Shown here piece after piece: positions 28,949 to 43,560 of a DNA stretch of 64,000 nt. The stretch comes from Eledone cirrhosa (lineage: Eukaryota): contig OZ024755.1 in NCBI GenBank assembly GCA_964016885.1, positions 21,824,001-21,888,000 of the forward strand, given 5' to 3'. Within the stretch, counting starts at the first letter, position 1, and every line of letters starts with the position of its first letter. The notes below the pieces were generated by a model, which was not told where the DNA came from, searched no databases, and saw only the letters and a list, made by a program, of their open reading frames with translations. A program made the position numbers and the translations under genes.

Positions 28949-31900
28949 GTGAGTATTGTCATTTAATTCACTTTCAGTTTATGAACTTGTTAGATTTTTT
29001 ATTGATCTACCGTCAAATTACTTTATTTTCATGGAAAGAGAAAATTGTATATTAAAAAACGAAAAATATAGTATTCAATTTAATTAGATATCTTAATTAA
29101 AACCAATTTTGAATTCAAAGGTTTATGAAATGAAAAAAAAAAAAAAAAGAATATTTAAAAATAAACATCCTATAGATACATAAAAGTATTGGTATTTGAA
29201 TTTACATGTCAAGAATTTTCAATGATTATATAAGACTTTCCTTTTTTGAACGTGAAAATGTCCTATTGAATATAACATACAATTTTGGGAAAATATTTTA
29301 TTTTATTTCAAGCAGCATTTTAAAAGATGAAAAGAAAATCCAGTGGAAATTATTTGTGTTATTAATTTAAATGATTGAAAATAATTTAAATATGTTTATG
29401 AAATTATAATTGCACTTAATTTTATATTTTTTTGATTTCCTTTGAAAGATTACTGACAAAAATGCTTGGCAAAAGCATTGTTTAATCTATGATTAAATAA
29501 TTTTGTAATTTAAAAATGTTATTGAATGCTAACTCTGAAAAATCAGTTGCTTTAATTTTGAAAAAATTGTTTTTCCTTTGAAATATTGTTTGACAGAAAA
29601 AAAATAACAGAACAAAAATATTTTATATTTTATTTATTTCATTTTATGTTGAAATGTTTTATTTTCAAAGTTATAACTAAAACCATATTTTATGAGAGTT
29701 CATCTTAATAATATACATTTTATTTTTTTATATCATCCATTTTAACTTTCTTTTTAATATTTTTGAAAAATAAATGCTTGTCATTTTATTTTATTTTATT
29801 TTTGTAGTCTGTTTTGTTTGGAAAAAATCTTTTTTTCACTATATTATCACCAGCATGAATTTTTTATATATGTTAATTGTATTCTCAACTACTGGGGTTG
29901 ATTCTTCTATCTGTCTTTCTCTCTTGGAATCCACTGTTGCACTGGGAGAAGGGACTTAAGAGAGAGACAACCAACCCCTTCCCTTCTCCCAGAAATGGAG
30001 AAAGGTTGGTGGAGTGAGGGGTTAACAGCCTCTCTTCATAACACCCCTCCCCCCAAAACTCTGATCTATTAATGGAATCAGCCTAGGATGGCCTGATGTG
30101 CAGTACAGCATGGAATAGAAATACTGATATATTTTCAAATTATTTCAGAATGTTATATTCTTCAAACATATCTTAGAAAATTAGATGTTTCAAATCTGCA
30201 GGATTATACCAAATAATGATTTTCTTATAAATTGAGGTTTACAGTAAATTAGATTAATTTGATGGTAAGGATTTATCAATTAACAGCTATTCTATATCTG
30301 TTTTGAAATATTGAAGCTATTTAAGAGTCGCCATTAGACCATTTTAGAGTCAGATTTTTAATTTAGATTTCTTTTTAGTAAACTATTTATTTCTAGTTCA
30401 ACAAAATGTTCAAATTAAATTATAGTTTTGTAATAAATACTACAATGTGTTTATGTGCAAGCGCGCACACACAAACAAACATGCACACATTAAAGTTTGT
30501 GTTAGAAGTTCTAAGAATATAAGTTCAATGTATCCTCATTGCTAAAACACACACATTAAAGTTTGTATTAGAGGTTCTAATATATGTATGTATGTGACAG
30601 TGAATATCCATTGAACATGATTTTAAAATTGTTCAGCATGATATCTCTTTCTTTTTTTAACTTTTGCTAGGATTTTGAGATTTGTTGATATTGAAATTAT
30701 TAAAATGTCTTGGCGCACTTATTTGAAATTTTCAATTCACGTTTTTCTACCAGTGATTGCGTCTAGAAATAATTATTTTTCATTTGATCATACATCTTAA
30801 TTCATTAATCCATGGTGCATATCATACTGATAATTTCCAGCTTTGTTTCTATCTATTTTTGTTGTAGTTAGTGTTACAAAAGTAACATAAGATATTCCTT
30901 ACAGATTAGTGTTAAGGAATATTACAAAACCATGGACAAACAGGGACCCTTCTGTCTCCAATCAGAAGTAGTTGAAATTATTGAGTCAACTCTTTGGTTA
31001 CCAACCTGGCTAAAGCCCACCTTGGTCATACGAAACAAAACTACTCTGTATTTTTAATTATCTATATTTCTACTTTATATTATACTAATATTTATAAATA
31101 CCTATTTTGAATACATTTTCGAATTCAGGTACAAAGTGTGTGACAATATTTTTACCGTGTTCTAAAGTGTCATGTGAGTAAAAAAAAGTTTAGGAACCAC
31201 TGCCCTAACAACTAAGCTATGCACCTCCACATTAAGGGTAAAGAAAATCATATTTATTTATGGAAGTCTTTGAGCCATAGGGTAAAAAAGAAACAAGTCA
31301 GTGAGATTTAATGAAGTGGTTCACCTAACCCTATCTTCTCTAAGCAGGCTTCACAACAATCTTCACAGAAAACTTTAATGGAGCTTTTTATGCTTAAATT
31401 CCCCTAATATTCGATCTCCCATGGAGTTATAGGTTGGTTGGTTTACATTTTGATATCTTTCCATACATCCATATTTTTATCATCTCATTTGTAAACCTAA
31501 ATTTCATATAGTTTGATCAAAATACTTCTTTCCAACCATTTGTTTTGGTTACCTTCTTAAAATACCTCTGCCAGTAACTTTTTGGCATTGACCTTGCATC
31601 ATCCATTACATTTTCTTGGTCAATTTCTTTGGTGCACAAATATATTTTTTGACATACTATGCTTAACTTCCTTTCTAACCACTGCAGCTGCTCTTCTTTA
31701 ATAGCCATACAGTATCACATGCTATAGAATTTGCCTTTCATACAGAGAGAATTCTTTTGTTACCAATAGAAGCAGCAGAAGTTCTGTCACTTACTTTAAT
31801 CCTATAATTAGCAGTTCTGTTATGTAAGGAACTTAATACTAACAAGTTAATTAAACAGTTCTGGTCTGTATCAATTTAGTGCTCTCACTACACAATATTC

Positions 31901-32458
31901 TGTTCTGTTCCTCTTTTTGTATATTCAATAGTTATCCCTGTAATGTTGTAAGGCCATTGAAAATATTTATTTATTAAAAGATATTTGTTTTAAAATTACT
32001 AATGTAACTGTATTTCTGAGATGAATTTCTGTTGCAATGAACATTGATCAGATCTTTTATCTCAATCTTTATTTGAAAAAAGTCTTTGATATTATATTAA
32101 CATTTAAAAAAAAATTTTTTTTATCACAATAAAGGTCAGCTCTGCCTTTCATCCTAATGGGGTCGATAAAATAAAACACCAGTAATGCACTGTGTTAATT
32201 TAATCGACTTTCCCCTCCCAGCAAATTATTAGCCACTATTTACATATACAGTGTATTTTTATGTGTGAGCAGCAAGTATTGTTTGCTCTTTTATTTTCGT
32301 GGTTGCATTTTAAATTGTATGTTTCCTTTATCTTGATTCCTTTTCTAGTGGAGAGGTGGGAACAGTTGTGTTTATCACAATATGAACGTGAGTTTAAATA
32401 TTAAATAAGATTTGATATGAATATATACAGAAGTATTTTTACCTCATTATATTGACAA

Positions 32459-32653
32459 GGGTGGTGGATTGGCAGTATAAGTAGAGGGTCAGACGCCATG
32501 TTTTGCAAGCAAAGAGTTACGGTCCTTTATGATCTGAGTTCAAATCTCGCCGAGGTTAACTTTGCCTTTCATCCTTACGGGGTTGATAAAATAAAGTACC
32601 AGTAATACACTGGGATAATTGCTGGCCTTGTGCCAAAAGTAGAAACAATTATA
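32459..32653 (+). mobile_element. SINE family A with 14-bp TSD
   Basis: Full head, core and tail. TSD attatattgacaag at 32446-32459 and 32648-32661. Confidence 0.9.
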
Positions 32654-32929
32654 TTGACAAGTCACATCTTCAGTTATTTGAACATTTAAATGTACAATAA
32701 TCCATTTTTTTTTAAAAGTACATTTACATTCTGGTTATGATAAGAAAGAAGAATAGAAGCACCATTATTTGTATATTTTAATCACCAAGACTGTTCTCAT
32801 CTATCTCTCCTTATACCTGGAGTTTTTTCAATGAGGTTCAATCCACTATAGCTATATACAGTTCTATATATAGAAAATATGGATTCTTGGTGCATTTTGG
32901 TCCAGTTGTTAGAGGAAGCATTTTGAAAC

Positions 32930-33175
32930 TTTACAGGTTTCAGTGTCATTCGATTGCGTCCGTGCTGGGGCACTACCTTTAAAAGATTTGGTCAATCATA
33001 TTGACACCAGTACTTTATTTTCGAAGTTCTATACTTATTTCATCAATTTCCTTTTCGTTGAACCACAATAATGTTATAGGACATAAACAAGCAGTAAACA
33101 TAAACATTAACACCCCCCACTCTCATATATCACAGTTCCTTCACTCATGAGGGATTGATCAACCAGAAGCTATTT
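32930..33175 (-). mobile_element. SINE family C fragment (related to 57830-58378 and 50845-50960)
   Basis: gtttcagtgtcattcgattgcgtccgtgctggggcactacc…accagtactttatttt is shared with the other copies. Confidence 0.65.
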
Positions 33176-35485
33176 AAATATATTAAAAACTAAAGTATTC
33201 ATGTTATGAGCTTCCCAATGTTATGAAATACCAAGTCAGGATGTAAGATGTGGATAAATAAAAACTCAGTCATACAATTAGTGCAATTAATTATATGCAT
33301 AAGACATGTTGAATTACAGGGCAAGACATGAACATTGTTTAACTAATGAATAAGCAATTTAGATTGCTTTGCTGGTTCACTTGGTGGTATAGTGATAAGA
33401 CAAGAAATGACAAGAAATGTTAAAACAGTGGTTGAAATGCTTCACTGTTTTTATTCCAGCTCCTTTCACTAATACAAGTGGCAAATTGATAGTCATTAGA
33501 ACAGGGCAAAATGACTTGTATTTACTAGTATTTGTTCTAGCTATGTGTGCTCTCAGTTCAAAATTTGCCAAAGTTAACTTTACCTTTCATCCTTTTGGGT
33601 TGATAGAATACCAATCTAGGACAGTGGACTGGTAGAACCATTATGGGTGTCAGATAGGAAACTTTGCAGTATTTGTATCAGCTTTTTGTATTGTAAGTTC
33701 AAATCCTGCCATGACCTACCAGCCTTAATGGATGGGATTTGAGCTCGACCATGTACATAGCCATAGTTAACCATGGATAGCATAAAAGGGATCGATGACG
33801 TTCAACCTGATGAAAGTAGACCCAACCTTATGATGATGACTACTATCATTTTCATCTGTTTGAAGAATTTAATAAATGGAAGGTGAAAGCTCATTTGCTG
33901 CAACTGGAGATATACAAATTTTTTAAAATTCATTAAATATGCAACATGAACTTAAGAGAGAAAGTGCTTCCATTGGTGGTATTTGTTATTTTATCACTGG
34001 GAGTCGTCTGTAATGGTATTTAATGAAAATAGATGATATATTGTAAGATTCTTGTGATCCATCTTACAGAACTTATCTGGAATATTGATAGAACTGGATG
34101 AGTATATAGAATAGCATTACGAGAACCAGTTTGGTAGAATCTTTCACTTCATTTGGCAAGTGTTTGTGTATATATCCATTATTTGATTATATGGAGTACT
34201 GTTGTGTTTCTCAATAGATTTTTTTTTAGTGTTATTTCAACATACACAACTTTGGTATATTGTTTTTATACAAAATTATCCAATTAATTCATTTATGTCA
34301 CAAAGATTTACTACATGTCTTAAAACAGTATCCTTAGCTTTCATGTGTTTAACAACAGTGATGATGTTCATCATGTTATGGTGAGATTTTTAGATGAAAT
34401 CTACCCCCCCCCCCCACACCTTTAAAAAGACCTAAGAAAAGCGAACTGTTAGAGTGGATAGGTTATCAAACCACCAGCTTAATGGTTGTGAGTTCATATG
34501 TTTGCTGCAAGCATTTGCTATCTCTCGGCAAGAAACTTAATTTTATCGTGCCTCAGTTTATCTACTAACAGTAGGATAAAAACCAGGATTTTCTTTGAAA
34601 GTTATCTTCCAGATATTAGGATAGATTTCTCACTCATCCGATTAATGGAAACAGAACTGAAGCTAAGCATTTGCACTCTGAACTCTTGTGCTTTGTGAAA
34701 GGATTATATCAACTACATTACTGCTGGACTATATTTTCTTTGACATCTCATTGTTTGTTTCAAAGTGTTCTGATACTGTTTCAGACTGAGTTGATAATGT
34801 ATCAGATGCTTAATTTACTCTTTGATGGATCTAGAAAATTTTGTTTGAAAATAAATACATGTAATAGGTTAGCTTGTTTTTCTTTTTATCTAGCTATCAC
34901 TTAATGCTATTTTTTTTTTTTTTTTAAGAGGAAAAAGGTTAAATTCAGATTAGTTTCCTTCTAGTTTCCTCCTGTACTTATTAAACATTTTCACAGCTCA
35001 AAAATTTAACCCCTGGCCTTCTTGATATGGGTTTTATGACTTGCTTAGGTAATCACCCTGAATTATTTTTAATTGTTAGAATCAAGGGAGCAAATTCTAC
35101 AGTATATGCTGATCCCGTTTTGTTTTACTTTTACTCTTTTGTATATTGTTTAAGATTTATATTTAATTTATATTTTATTAACTCATTAAAAGAGAATTTC
35201 CTGGTACACTATTTCAAATAAAAATGAGAAACTATCTGATTTTAGCAATATCAAATTTGTATTAAACAGTAGTTGATATTTATTAAAATCAAGTTTGTTT
35301 TATTAAAATATCCATTCATATTTTAGTTAATAAAATGTTCATTATATGTGATATAATAAAAATTAAATTTATAAATTTGATCAATTTCTTGATTTCAATA
35401 CTTATCTTGAAAATAATTAGATTGAATTATTTGAATGATCTAAGAGCACTTAAAATTTTTTGTATTTAATAGAAGGATGTACATG

Positions 35486-35887
35486 GGAAGGCACATGGCT
35501 TAGTGGTTAGAGCATTGGGCTTGCAATCAAAAGGTTGTGAGTTCAATTCTCTGACCAGGTGATGTGTTGTTTCCTTGAGCAAGACACTTTATTTCATATT
35601 GCTCCAGTTTACTCAGCTGTAGAAATAAGATGATAGGGCTGGGGTCCCTATCATTCCACTGCAAAATGATCGTGGAGGTGCCACGAAAAAGAAAAAAAAG
35701 CACCCAGCACTCACTGTAAATGAGGTTGGTGTTAGGAAGGGCATCCAGCTGTAGAAATCAAGCCAGAATCAGTTCCTGTATAAGCAAGACAAGGTCAGTC
35801 GACCGGACACTGCCCACAACAGGACAACCTGTCTAACCCATGCTAGCGTGGAAGAACAGACGTAAAATGGTAATGATGGTGATGATC
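35486..35887 (+). mobile_element. SINE family B, full length, with the alternative tail
   Basis: Head and body match 13794-14118. Ends acctgtctaacccatgctagcgtggaagaacagacgtaaaatggtaatgatggtgatg. Confidence 0.88.
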
Positions 35888-38800
35888 AATTTAATGTTTC
35901 AACTATTTTGTGTTTAATCTAGACGTTTCAACAAACACATGGTACTTCAAATGTAGGTTGTTGCTTGTTTAACAACAAAGTGAAAGGTGCCATTCAATTC
36001 TTTCAAGCATTCATTAAAATGATTTTCAATTAATCTAAAATTATTTTGAAAATAATCAAGAATATGAAAAGATTTAATAACAGAACTAACTTTCTTTTAA
36101 TTTAACAAAACATTCTTACATAAAATTATGATTGAACGTTTGAATAATATAGACATTTGAACACTTGAATAATATAAATATAAACTCTTTAAAATGGAGT
36201 TTTGTATTATAGAGCCAAAGGCAAGTAGTTAAGTATCTATCAAGAAGGCTAAACATTATTTAGAAAATAATTGCAAATTATTGATGAGAATCTATAATTA
36301 AGTATGTAGGTGTAAAGTAATAAAATGACTATTAATTAGAAAACAATTTTATATGCAACATGAGCATAAATATATTCATGAAATTCAATTAAAAGACAAA
36401 CTTTTATAATGTAGAAAACTAACATGTCTATTGTGAATATGTTTAGTTTGTGTTCTCAATTTCTATACCACTTTTATTTATATATTTTTTCATTTTAGTT
36501 CAATATTTAAAAAATATTTATTTTATTAAATGTACAAGAAATATGAAACGATTAAAAAAAAATAATGATTAATTATTTCATTTTACAAAGCTGTTTATAC
36601 AAAAGCAAAACACTATTAAAGGGAAGAAAAATAAAAAAAGGAAAAAGAAAAAGAATCAAGAAAGGGCAGAGGACAGATACTACACCCCAGTCAGAGTGGT
36701 GCCTCATAACAATGAAATGTTTTCCATCAATTTGGTAACTTTTCATGTAATAGTCTTAAAATTAAGATGTAATTACAAGCTGTCTAGAAAATATTATTTT
36801 ACTCTTAGTCAACTTTATTTGCTGCCGCCTAAGTGTGGATAACTGCTTTTTTTTGAGAGAGAGAGATTTTCAAATATTTACATTATTTTCATTAATCCTT
36901 GTGACATATATGGTTAATGAACTAAGTGTTTATAATAGTTTTATAGTTTTATTTTGTAGGTAAGTCATATATAATGTCATTACATCATGAAACAGTTATT
37001 TTATAACACTGGAATTGTGTCAGTGACCAAGTTACAACCAGTACAATGAAAGTTTTGACACCAAGAAATGAAATGTGAAATGTTTTTGTATCTTAAACAT
37101 TTTTTTTTTTTATTGAATGGCTAAAGTAACTCTTCTGTGATGTAAATGGTTTAGTTTCTACATACAGTCTTAAATCATATCACTTGCCAGTCAAGTCCAA
37201 CTCTTGAGATATGTAAGGTCTTTTTTTTTTTAGGTTTACATGTCCTTATTGAAGCTGAAAGGCATAACCCTATAATAAAACAATAGGAAGTCACTCTTCT
37301 GGAATCTTCACACTATCAGTGTGCTATTTTGGTTTCTTATTGCTTACAAAATTAAACAAGTTAATGTGTCATATGTATTGTTTTAGTCATCAAATACTGA
37401 GTGTGGTTATTTTGAGTAAGTGTGTTTGTGCTCCCATATCAACAAGTGTATATGAATGATTACATAAAAGGAATTGTGTATGTGAATTACTTGTCTTGTT
37501 TAGCTATAAATACATAAATAAATGATATTTATTTCTTATTTACCCCACTGTGTGAATATTTGTAAAGATATGACATTTATTTCTTATTCCATTGTGTGAA
37601 TGTTTGTAAAAAAAATATCTATATCTACAGAATGTTTAATTCTGTTTGAAGTTTTACATATACTGATAGAGTATATTATTTTTGTATCAATTTAATCCTG
37701 ATTATTTTTAACAAAGTTTTAGGAGTTCTAAACAGTCGGTGATAGTGTTGTTGTTACTGGTAGAGGTGTTGGCTTGCAGGGTGATGAAATAGTAAATACA
37801 AATAGCTAAATAAGTGAATAAGTGTTGATATTCTCTCTCTTTCATTCACTGACTCCATCTCTCTCTCACTCTCCCTATCTCTCACTATTATATGCAAAAG
37901 GGGGCCCATGTGCTGGCCGCCCTGCAGGCCCCCAGCAGACAGAATAAAGGAGGCATTTCCTTCGCGGATGGTGAGGGAAACGCGTTGATTAAAATCACAA
38001 TGAAATAATGTTTCATGTAAAGCAGATAACAGAAAAATATAATGGCCTAAGAGATAAGTATAAAATATATATCTCTTCCCTATTTATTTGGAAGTGGATT
38101 ATGTAAACTATTTCTATTGAATTTATTGATGAACATTAAGTTGATTTAATAATAGAAAAAATATTCATAGGGTTTAAGATTTAAATTTGTTATGTAATGA
38201 TGATAAAACTTAGAAGTTAGTATATCTTGTAGTTTTATAGAATTGGACATCTTTTTAAAGCACCTTTGGTTAACAGAATATTTGTATTGGGTTGATTTAA
38301 GGTCAAATAATTCATAAACGTTTGTGTCATCTTAATTAGACATGCTTAATGCTGGAGATTTTATATTTGGATTTAGCTGTTATATGATAGTCACCAGACC
38401 AGGTACTATATTATTTTGACACATATACCATCACCACCACCATCATCATTCACCAACACCACGGTTAACCATAACCATCACTACCACCATTTTATATAAT
38501 TTTCTTTATGCTGGCAAATATTGGACATACCTGTTTCAGTGCAACACCTAATCACCTGTCTCAGTCTTTTGTCACCTGAAATATGCATCAACAGAGAAAA
38601 TCCCACTAAATCCTTCTCGTTTATATATTTTTGGTTTAGTTTTTATGGTTGGTTGCCCTTTCTATTAACGCTGTGGAGTGGATGTATTTTATCTTTATAT
38701 TTAACAGTTTCAACTCTTATCTATGTGCCATACATAGTATAAAGTATGTATCTACTTCGGTATTTAAATGTATTTTACTAAGAACATGCATATTGAGCGA

Positions 38801-38902
38801 GTAATTTGAACTGGGCACATAAAATTCTCAAGTAAGACTATTTCAATTGCTTCTTTTACTGTTTAGCCATGAGGCAAAGCCAGTGGTCATGGCTATTTCT
38901 TG

Positions 38903-39068
38903 AACCTCTGATGTTGGTGGGAGGGAGGTGTGTTGTCTCATGAGTGGAGACCTGATCTTGGGCATCTGATATTGGTGGGAGGGAGGTGTGCAGTCTCATG
39001 ACTGGAGACGTGGTCTGACCTCTGATATCGGTGGGAGGGAGGTGTGTTGTCTCATGACTGGAGACCTG
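38903..39068. repeat. Three tandem copies of a ~55-60-bp G-rich unit
   Basis: ctgat[g/a]t[t/c]ggtgggagggaggtgtg[tt/ca]gtctcatga[g/c]tggagac x3. Confidence 0.88.
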
Positions 39069-39473
39069 CTCCGAATCCTTATTAAGACGAGTGACAGAAT
39101 AAGGATTCTTGTTCAGTGCTCTAACAATTATTCTATTCTGCTGCTATGGACTGGTACTTTATTATATTGGCCCTCAAAAGGATGAAAGGCCAAGTTGACC
39201 TCACCAGGATTTGAACTCAAAGCCCAGAGAGCTGGAATAATGCTGCAAGTCATTTTGCCCTCTTCTAATTACTCTATTAATTTGCTGCCTGTATTGGTGA
39301 AAAATGTAAACATCAGTGAGAAAACTGAAAACCCACTGCTTTCGAAACTAGTGATTGGCATCGTAAAAACCTGTAAACAACAATAATTGTTAACCAAATA
39401 TGATTTGAAACAAAAATAAGATCTACTAATGGGTGTTATTTTGTGAGTAGTTCAATTTGAAATCACTTTTGCT

Positions 39474-39657
39474 AAATTGTCAGATGCACTCTAAATTTAA
39501 ATGACTTTTGTTCAATAGTTAGATGTACCCTAAATTTAAATGACTTTTGTTCAATAGTCAGATGTACCCTAAATTTAAATGACTTTTGTTCAATAGTCAG
39601 ATGTACCCTAAATTTAAATGACTTTTGTTTAATAGTCAGATGTACCTTAAATTTAAA
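39474..39657. repeat. 39-bp minisatellite, ~4.7 copies
   Basis: Unit aaatttaaatgacttttgttcaatagtcagatgtaccct; explains the 13-aa-repeat ORF 39472..39663. Confidence 0.93.
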
Positions 39658-42363
39658 TTGCACCTCAATTTCATGAGTAGGCTATTCCATTGATCAAACA
39701 TCTGTTGTCAAAACTGCCAGTGAAAGTATATCTTAATTGCAAGGCAAAGTAGTGTGTTGTGTCTTGTGTAATAGTCCAATGATAAACCTTTAGCTGTAAT
39801 AAGTTGTTGACCTTTGAATAAGTACAACATAACCTTATCTTTCCTAACTACAATCAGTATTATTGATGGAGTATTTATATTTCTATATCTTGGATGAACC
39901 TGTACAGTGACGACTTTCTATTCTGTATGATGTAATCTTTTAAAACTATAATTTAATTGCCAAACCTCACACCTACCTTGGTACAACTTTGTCCAATATA
40001 TTTACTGCAATCATTTTGTTGTACTACACTTTATATTATAATACCAATACAGAAGTTCTCTTTAATATAATGGTAATTACCTCTATTATGCCTTGTATAT
40101 CCAATGGTTCATGGTTGGTTATTCTTCTTTTATCACTAAAAACATTTTTAAGGCCTGTTTCATTGTTAAATGATGATCATCATCATCCCTCAGATTTCTT
40201 CCATCTTGTTAAACATGTATCAACATTTAGGTAATTGACCAATATTCCTAAAACCACTAGAGATTCATGGCAGTTAAAACGAGTTAGGCTATTTAACCGA
40301 CAGTTGGAGTGAATGGTTCTTGATGCTAAGGAGTTCATATGACCTTTATGGTGAGGCTTATGCCTGTTGCTAGTACCATGTAACCCAGTACAACCCGCTT
40401 CATGGTCGAGTGATCAGTGACTAAACTCGCTTCCCTGCCAGCTCCTTGTCTGGTAAGGAGAGAAAGTGGAACTCCAGCAGGGCAAAAAAAAAAAAAAAGA
40501 GCTGTAGAAAAGGGTGAATGAACTACCATATATATTCATGTATAAATCGCACTGGTAGATAAGCCACACCTTCATTTTACATACAACATTCTTGGCTCAA
40601 TATTTTTGTTTGAATTGAGGTTTTGTAGGTTGTGTAGATACTCATTGTTGGTTTTTATGTTGTATTTTCATTTAAAAATTGTAATTTATACATGAGTATA
40701 TATAGTAATTTCTTCTTTTTACATATATCTAAATCCTTTAAGCCTATGTAAGAAATTAATTTGAACATTATTTGTCCTTAAAAAGGATTCCAATAATTAC
40801 TATTTTATCTTATTTTTGATGATTGAAAATTGATGCTCTGTCTCATGTGGCAATTTCCTTTTATAGCCATAGATTAAAATTACATAGTAATAGACAGAAT
40901 GTCCCAGTATTAAAAATTAATTATCACTTGTTTATTGATTACAATGTTACCAAGAACTAGATACATCGTAGTATGTCAAATGTTCCTCATTTATTTTGTT
41001 TGTAATGTTATTTCAGTTGGTATTTTACTGTCAGATTTCTTCACATCAATTTTTGAGCTTTTATTTAAGTATTTACTGTCTCAGTTTTCATTCATACTAA
41101 TTTTTTCTCTATCTGGCCTTTTTACATTCGTTTCCCTAGTTTTTATTACATTAATTTAGCTAAACCCCAAATCAATACCGTTAAAGAAATACTAATTTAT
41201 CAGAATAATTTTATCGTTTTAAACTTTGTGTTAAACAAAAAGAAGGTTTCTGAGAGTTTGCAAGAGTTTCCGAGAGCCTGGCCAATTCTTTTAATTTAGA
41301 AAAACTGTAAACTTTTTTTTACAATATAAAAAATATTTTTCTTCAAAGAAATTATTCAGATCTCATTGTTTTGAATAATTGGTTTTATTGGAAGAAAGAA
41401 AAAAAAAAAAGAAAATGTTTGAGCATTTTAATGTAAATTACATCTTAGTCTTATAACGAAAACAGTTTGTTATTGAAGGCTATATAACAATGCAGATCAA
41501 ACATTAAATATAAAAAATAACAATAACAAAGATATTAAAATGTTACTTAGAAATATTTAATTGGTTCTTATATATTTCATGTAAATTAACTCTTTTCAAT
41601 GATGCACGAGAGGAATATTTCTCTCTTGTATTCACTTATAACCCTTTGAAAAGGTGCATTTTAACCAAAATATATTAAGAATAATTAAATATTTCTAAAA
41701 TGAATATCTTTGTTATTATTATTTTTATTTTTGATATTCAATGTTTGACTGGCATTGCCCTCTATAACAAACTACATTCTGAATATTCCATCTTCTAGTA
41801 ATGTGATTATCAGTGAAACTTTAAACCTTTTAATACATAAATTGTATTTAAGGTTTTGGATTATCTTTGAATCTGCCTGTTTGCTTTCTAATAATAACAA
41901 TCATTGAGAATATTAATTTCTAAAGTTAATTTTATATTCTATTTTATTCTTTTTATGAAAGTCATAATTAATTTCCTTCATCTCTTCAAAGAAAATAGAA
42001 ACATTTTTGACAGGTTTTGTTTAAAAAAAATCTTTCCTCACTCTCATTGTTCTGAAAACAATATCATAATGAAACGGGGAATGGGATTACTGTCTTTGAT
42101 TTTGATTTAATATTTGTGGATAGTTGGATTTTTTTATGAGGATATTTTGATATCCAAGTGGCCAAAAAAGTGTTCTTGTGTATTTAGAAAATTGCTGTAG
42201 TAGTAATTCGATACAGTTTCAACTGTCTTGTTTATTGTTCACTTAAATCTTGTGTCTTGTTGATTAAATTCAATTTATTTTATTTGCTCAGTGACATCTA
42301 TGGTGGATATATATTTATATATATATTTAATGATAATTCCTGCTGCGATCTTTGAAATTGTAG

Positions 42364-42532
42364 TGTTACTGGAATTGCCCCTGCCTACAGCACTGCCATC
42401 AAGTATGCACAATAAGAGTCTTCTTTTCAATTCAAATATTGCTGATGATGCTCGAAGAATCCTTGGAAGCAGAGATGAAAGCTTGGTTCGACAACTCATT
42501 CATGCACTAAAACACACTTCAGCTGATCACAT
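42364..42532 (+). CDS. NIPBL: Nipped-B-like cohesin loader, second coding exon
   Basis: Acceptor ttgtAG ends at 42363 and donor GTAAGA starts at 42533. Splices in frame to the previous exon to give LLLELPLPTALPSSMHNKSLLFNSNIADDARRILGSRDESLVRQLIHALKHTSADH(I), aligning with human LLNQLPLPSPLPATTTKSLLFNARIAEEVNCLLACRDDNLVSQLVHSLNQVSTDHI. 169 nt, ends in phase 2. Confidence 0.93.
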
Positions 42533-42991
42533 GTAAGAACTTTTGCTTATAGATTGCTTACTATGATTATAGTAGTGTCTAGATAAAGGATTCCAACATG
42601 AACACATTGTCAGCAGATCTGTAAACTCTTAAGATTTCAATATTTATAACCATATTAAATATTCACCATACATTATTTGAACCCTTTCAATTGTGCTGAG
42701 ACAGTAAATTTATTTTTCAATTAAATTATTAAATTATAATCTTTTTAGTTTCAATACATTTAATTTTCGCTGACAGTCTGTGGACACTGCTTTTGTTTCA
42801 ACTCTTAGTAGAAACTATACTTGCATACACATACACACATATACAGTTTCATGCGAATCTTCCCCTCTTTTCAATCATAAATCTTTGTCTCTTTATGAAA
42901 TATATATATATATATTAATGATGTATACACATATATGTACACATCTAATTTAGAACATTTTACACAGTCGATATATTCACTTCTTTTTAAA

Positions 42992-43250
42992 TTAACCCTT
43001 TCATTACCATATTTCTATTGAAGTACACTGCTTATTCGTTTCAATTACTTTTTATAATAAAGAATTTGAAAGGGTTTAATAGAATAAACCTTTTCATTAT
43101 TAAGATAGTATTTGAAACATAACTTAAAAAAGTTACCTTAATAACATCACATTTGAAAAGTTTTATTTTAAATGTGGACACTTCATCAAGGGAAGTTTTA
43201 TATCGTAGGATTAAAGACAGCATCATGTGTGTTGGTATTGAAAGGGTTAA
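42992..43250 (+). mobile_element. piggyBac-type MITE (TTAA TSD); partial siblings near 16295, 26370-26522 (-), 54420 and 61170
   Basis: TTAA-CCCTTTCATTACCA … TGGTATTGAAAGGG-TTAA (13/14 TIR match). Internal motif tttggaacataacttaa is shared among copies. Confidence 0.82.
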
Positions 43251-43344
43251 TGGAGTATGTTTCAATATCTTATATTGTGTAGATATTATTTACATATTTT
43301 CATATACATATCTCCGTTCTAATAAAATAATATGAATAATTTTA

Positions 43345-43560
43345 AGGATTGGCAGTATCGGTGGAGTGTCGGACAACATGCTTTATGGCATAGAGTTACG
43401 TCCCCCTTACGATCTGAGTTCAAATCCTGCTGAGGTTAGCTTTGCCTTTCATCCTTATGAGGTTGATAAAATAAAGCACCACTAATGCACTGGGGTCGAT
43501 TTAATCGACTTTCCCCTCCCCGCAAAATTGTTGTTCTTGTGCCTAAATCAGAAACCAATA
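43345..43560 (+). mobile_element. SINE family A
   Basis: Matches the family consensus head, core and tail. Confidence 0.88.

Noticed and set aside
38903-39657. CRISPR-like appearance of the short tandem repeats
   Set aside because: Units are head-to-tail without unique spacers, there are no cas genes, and the context is eukaryotic.
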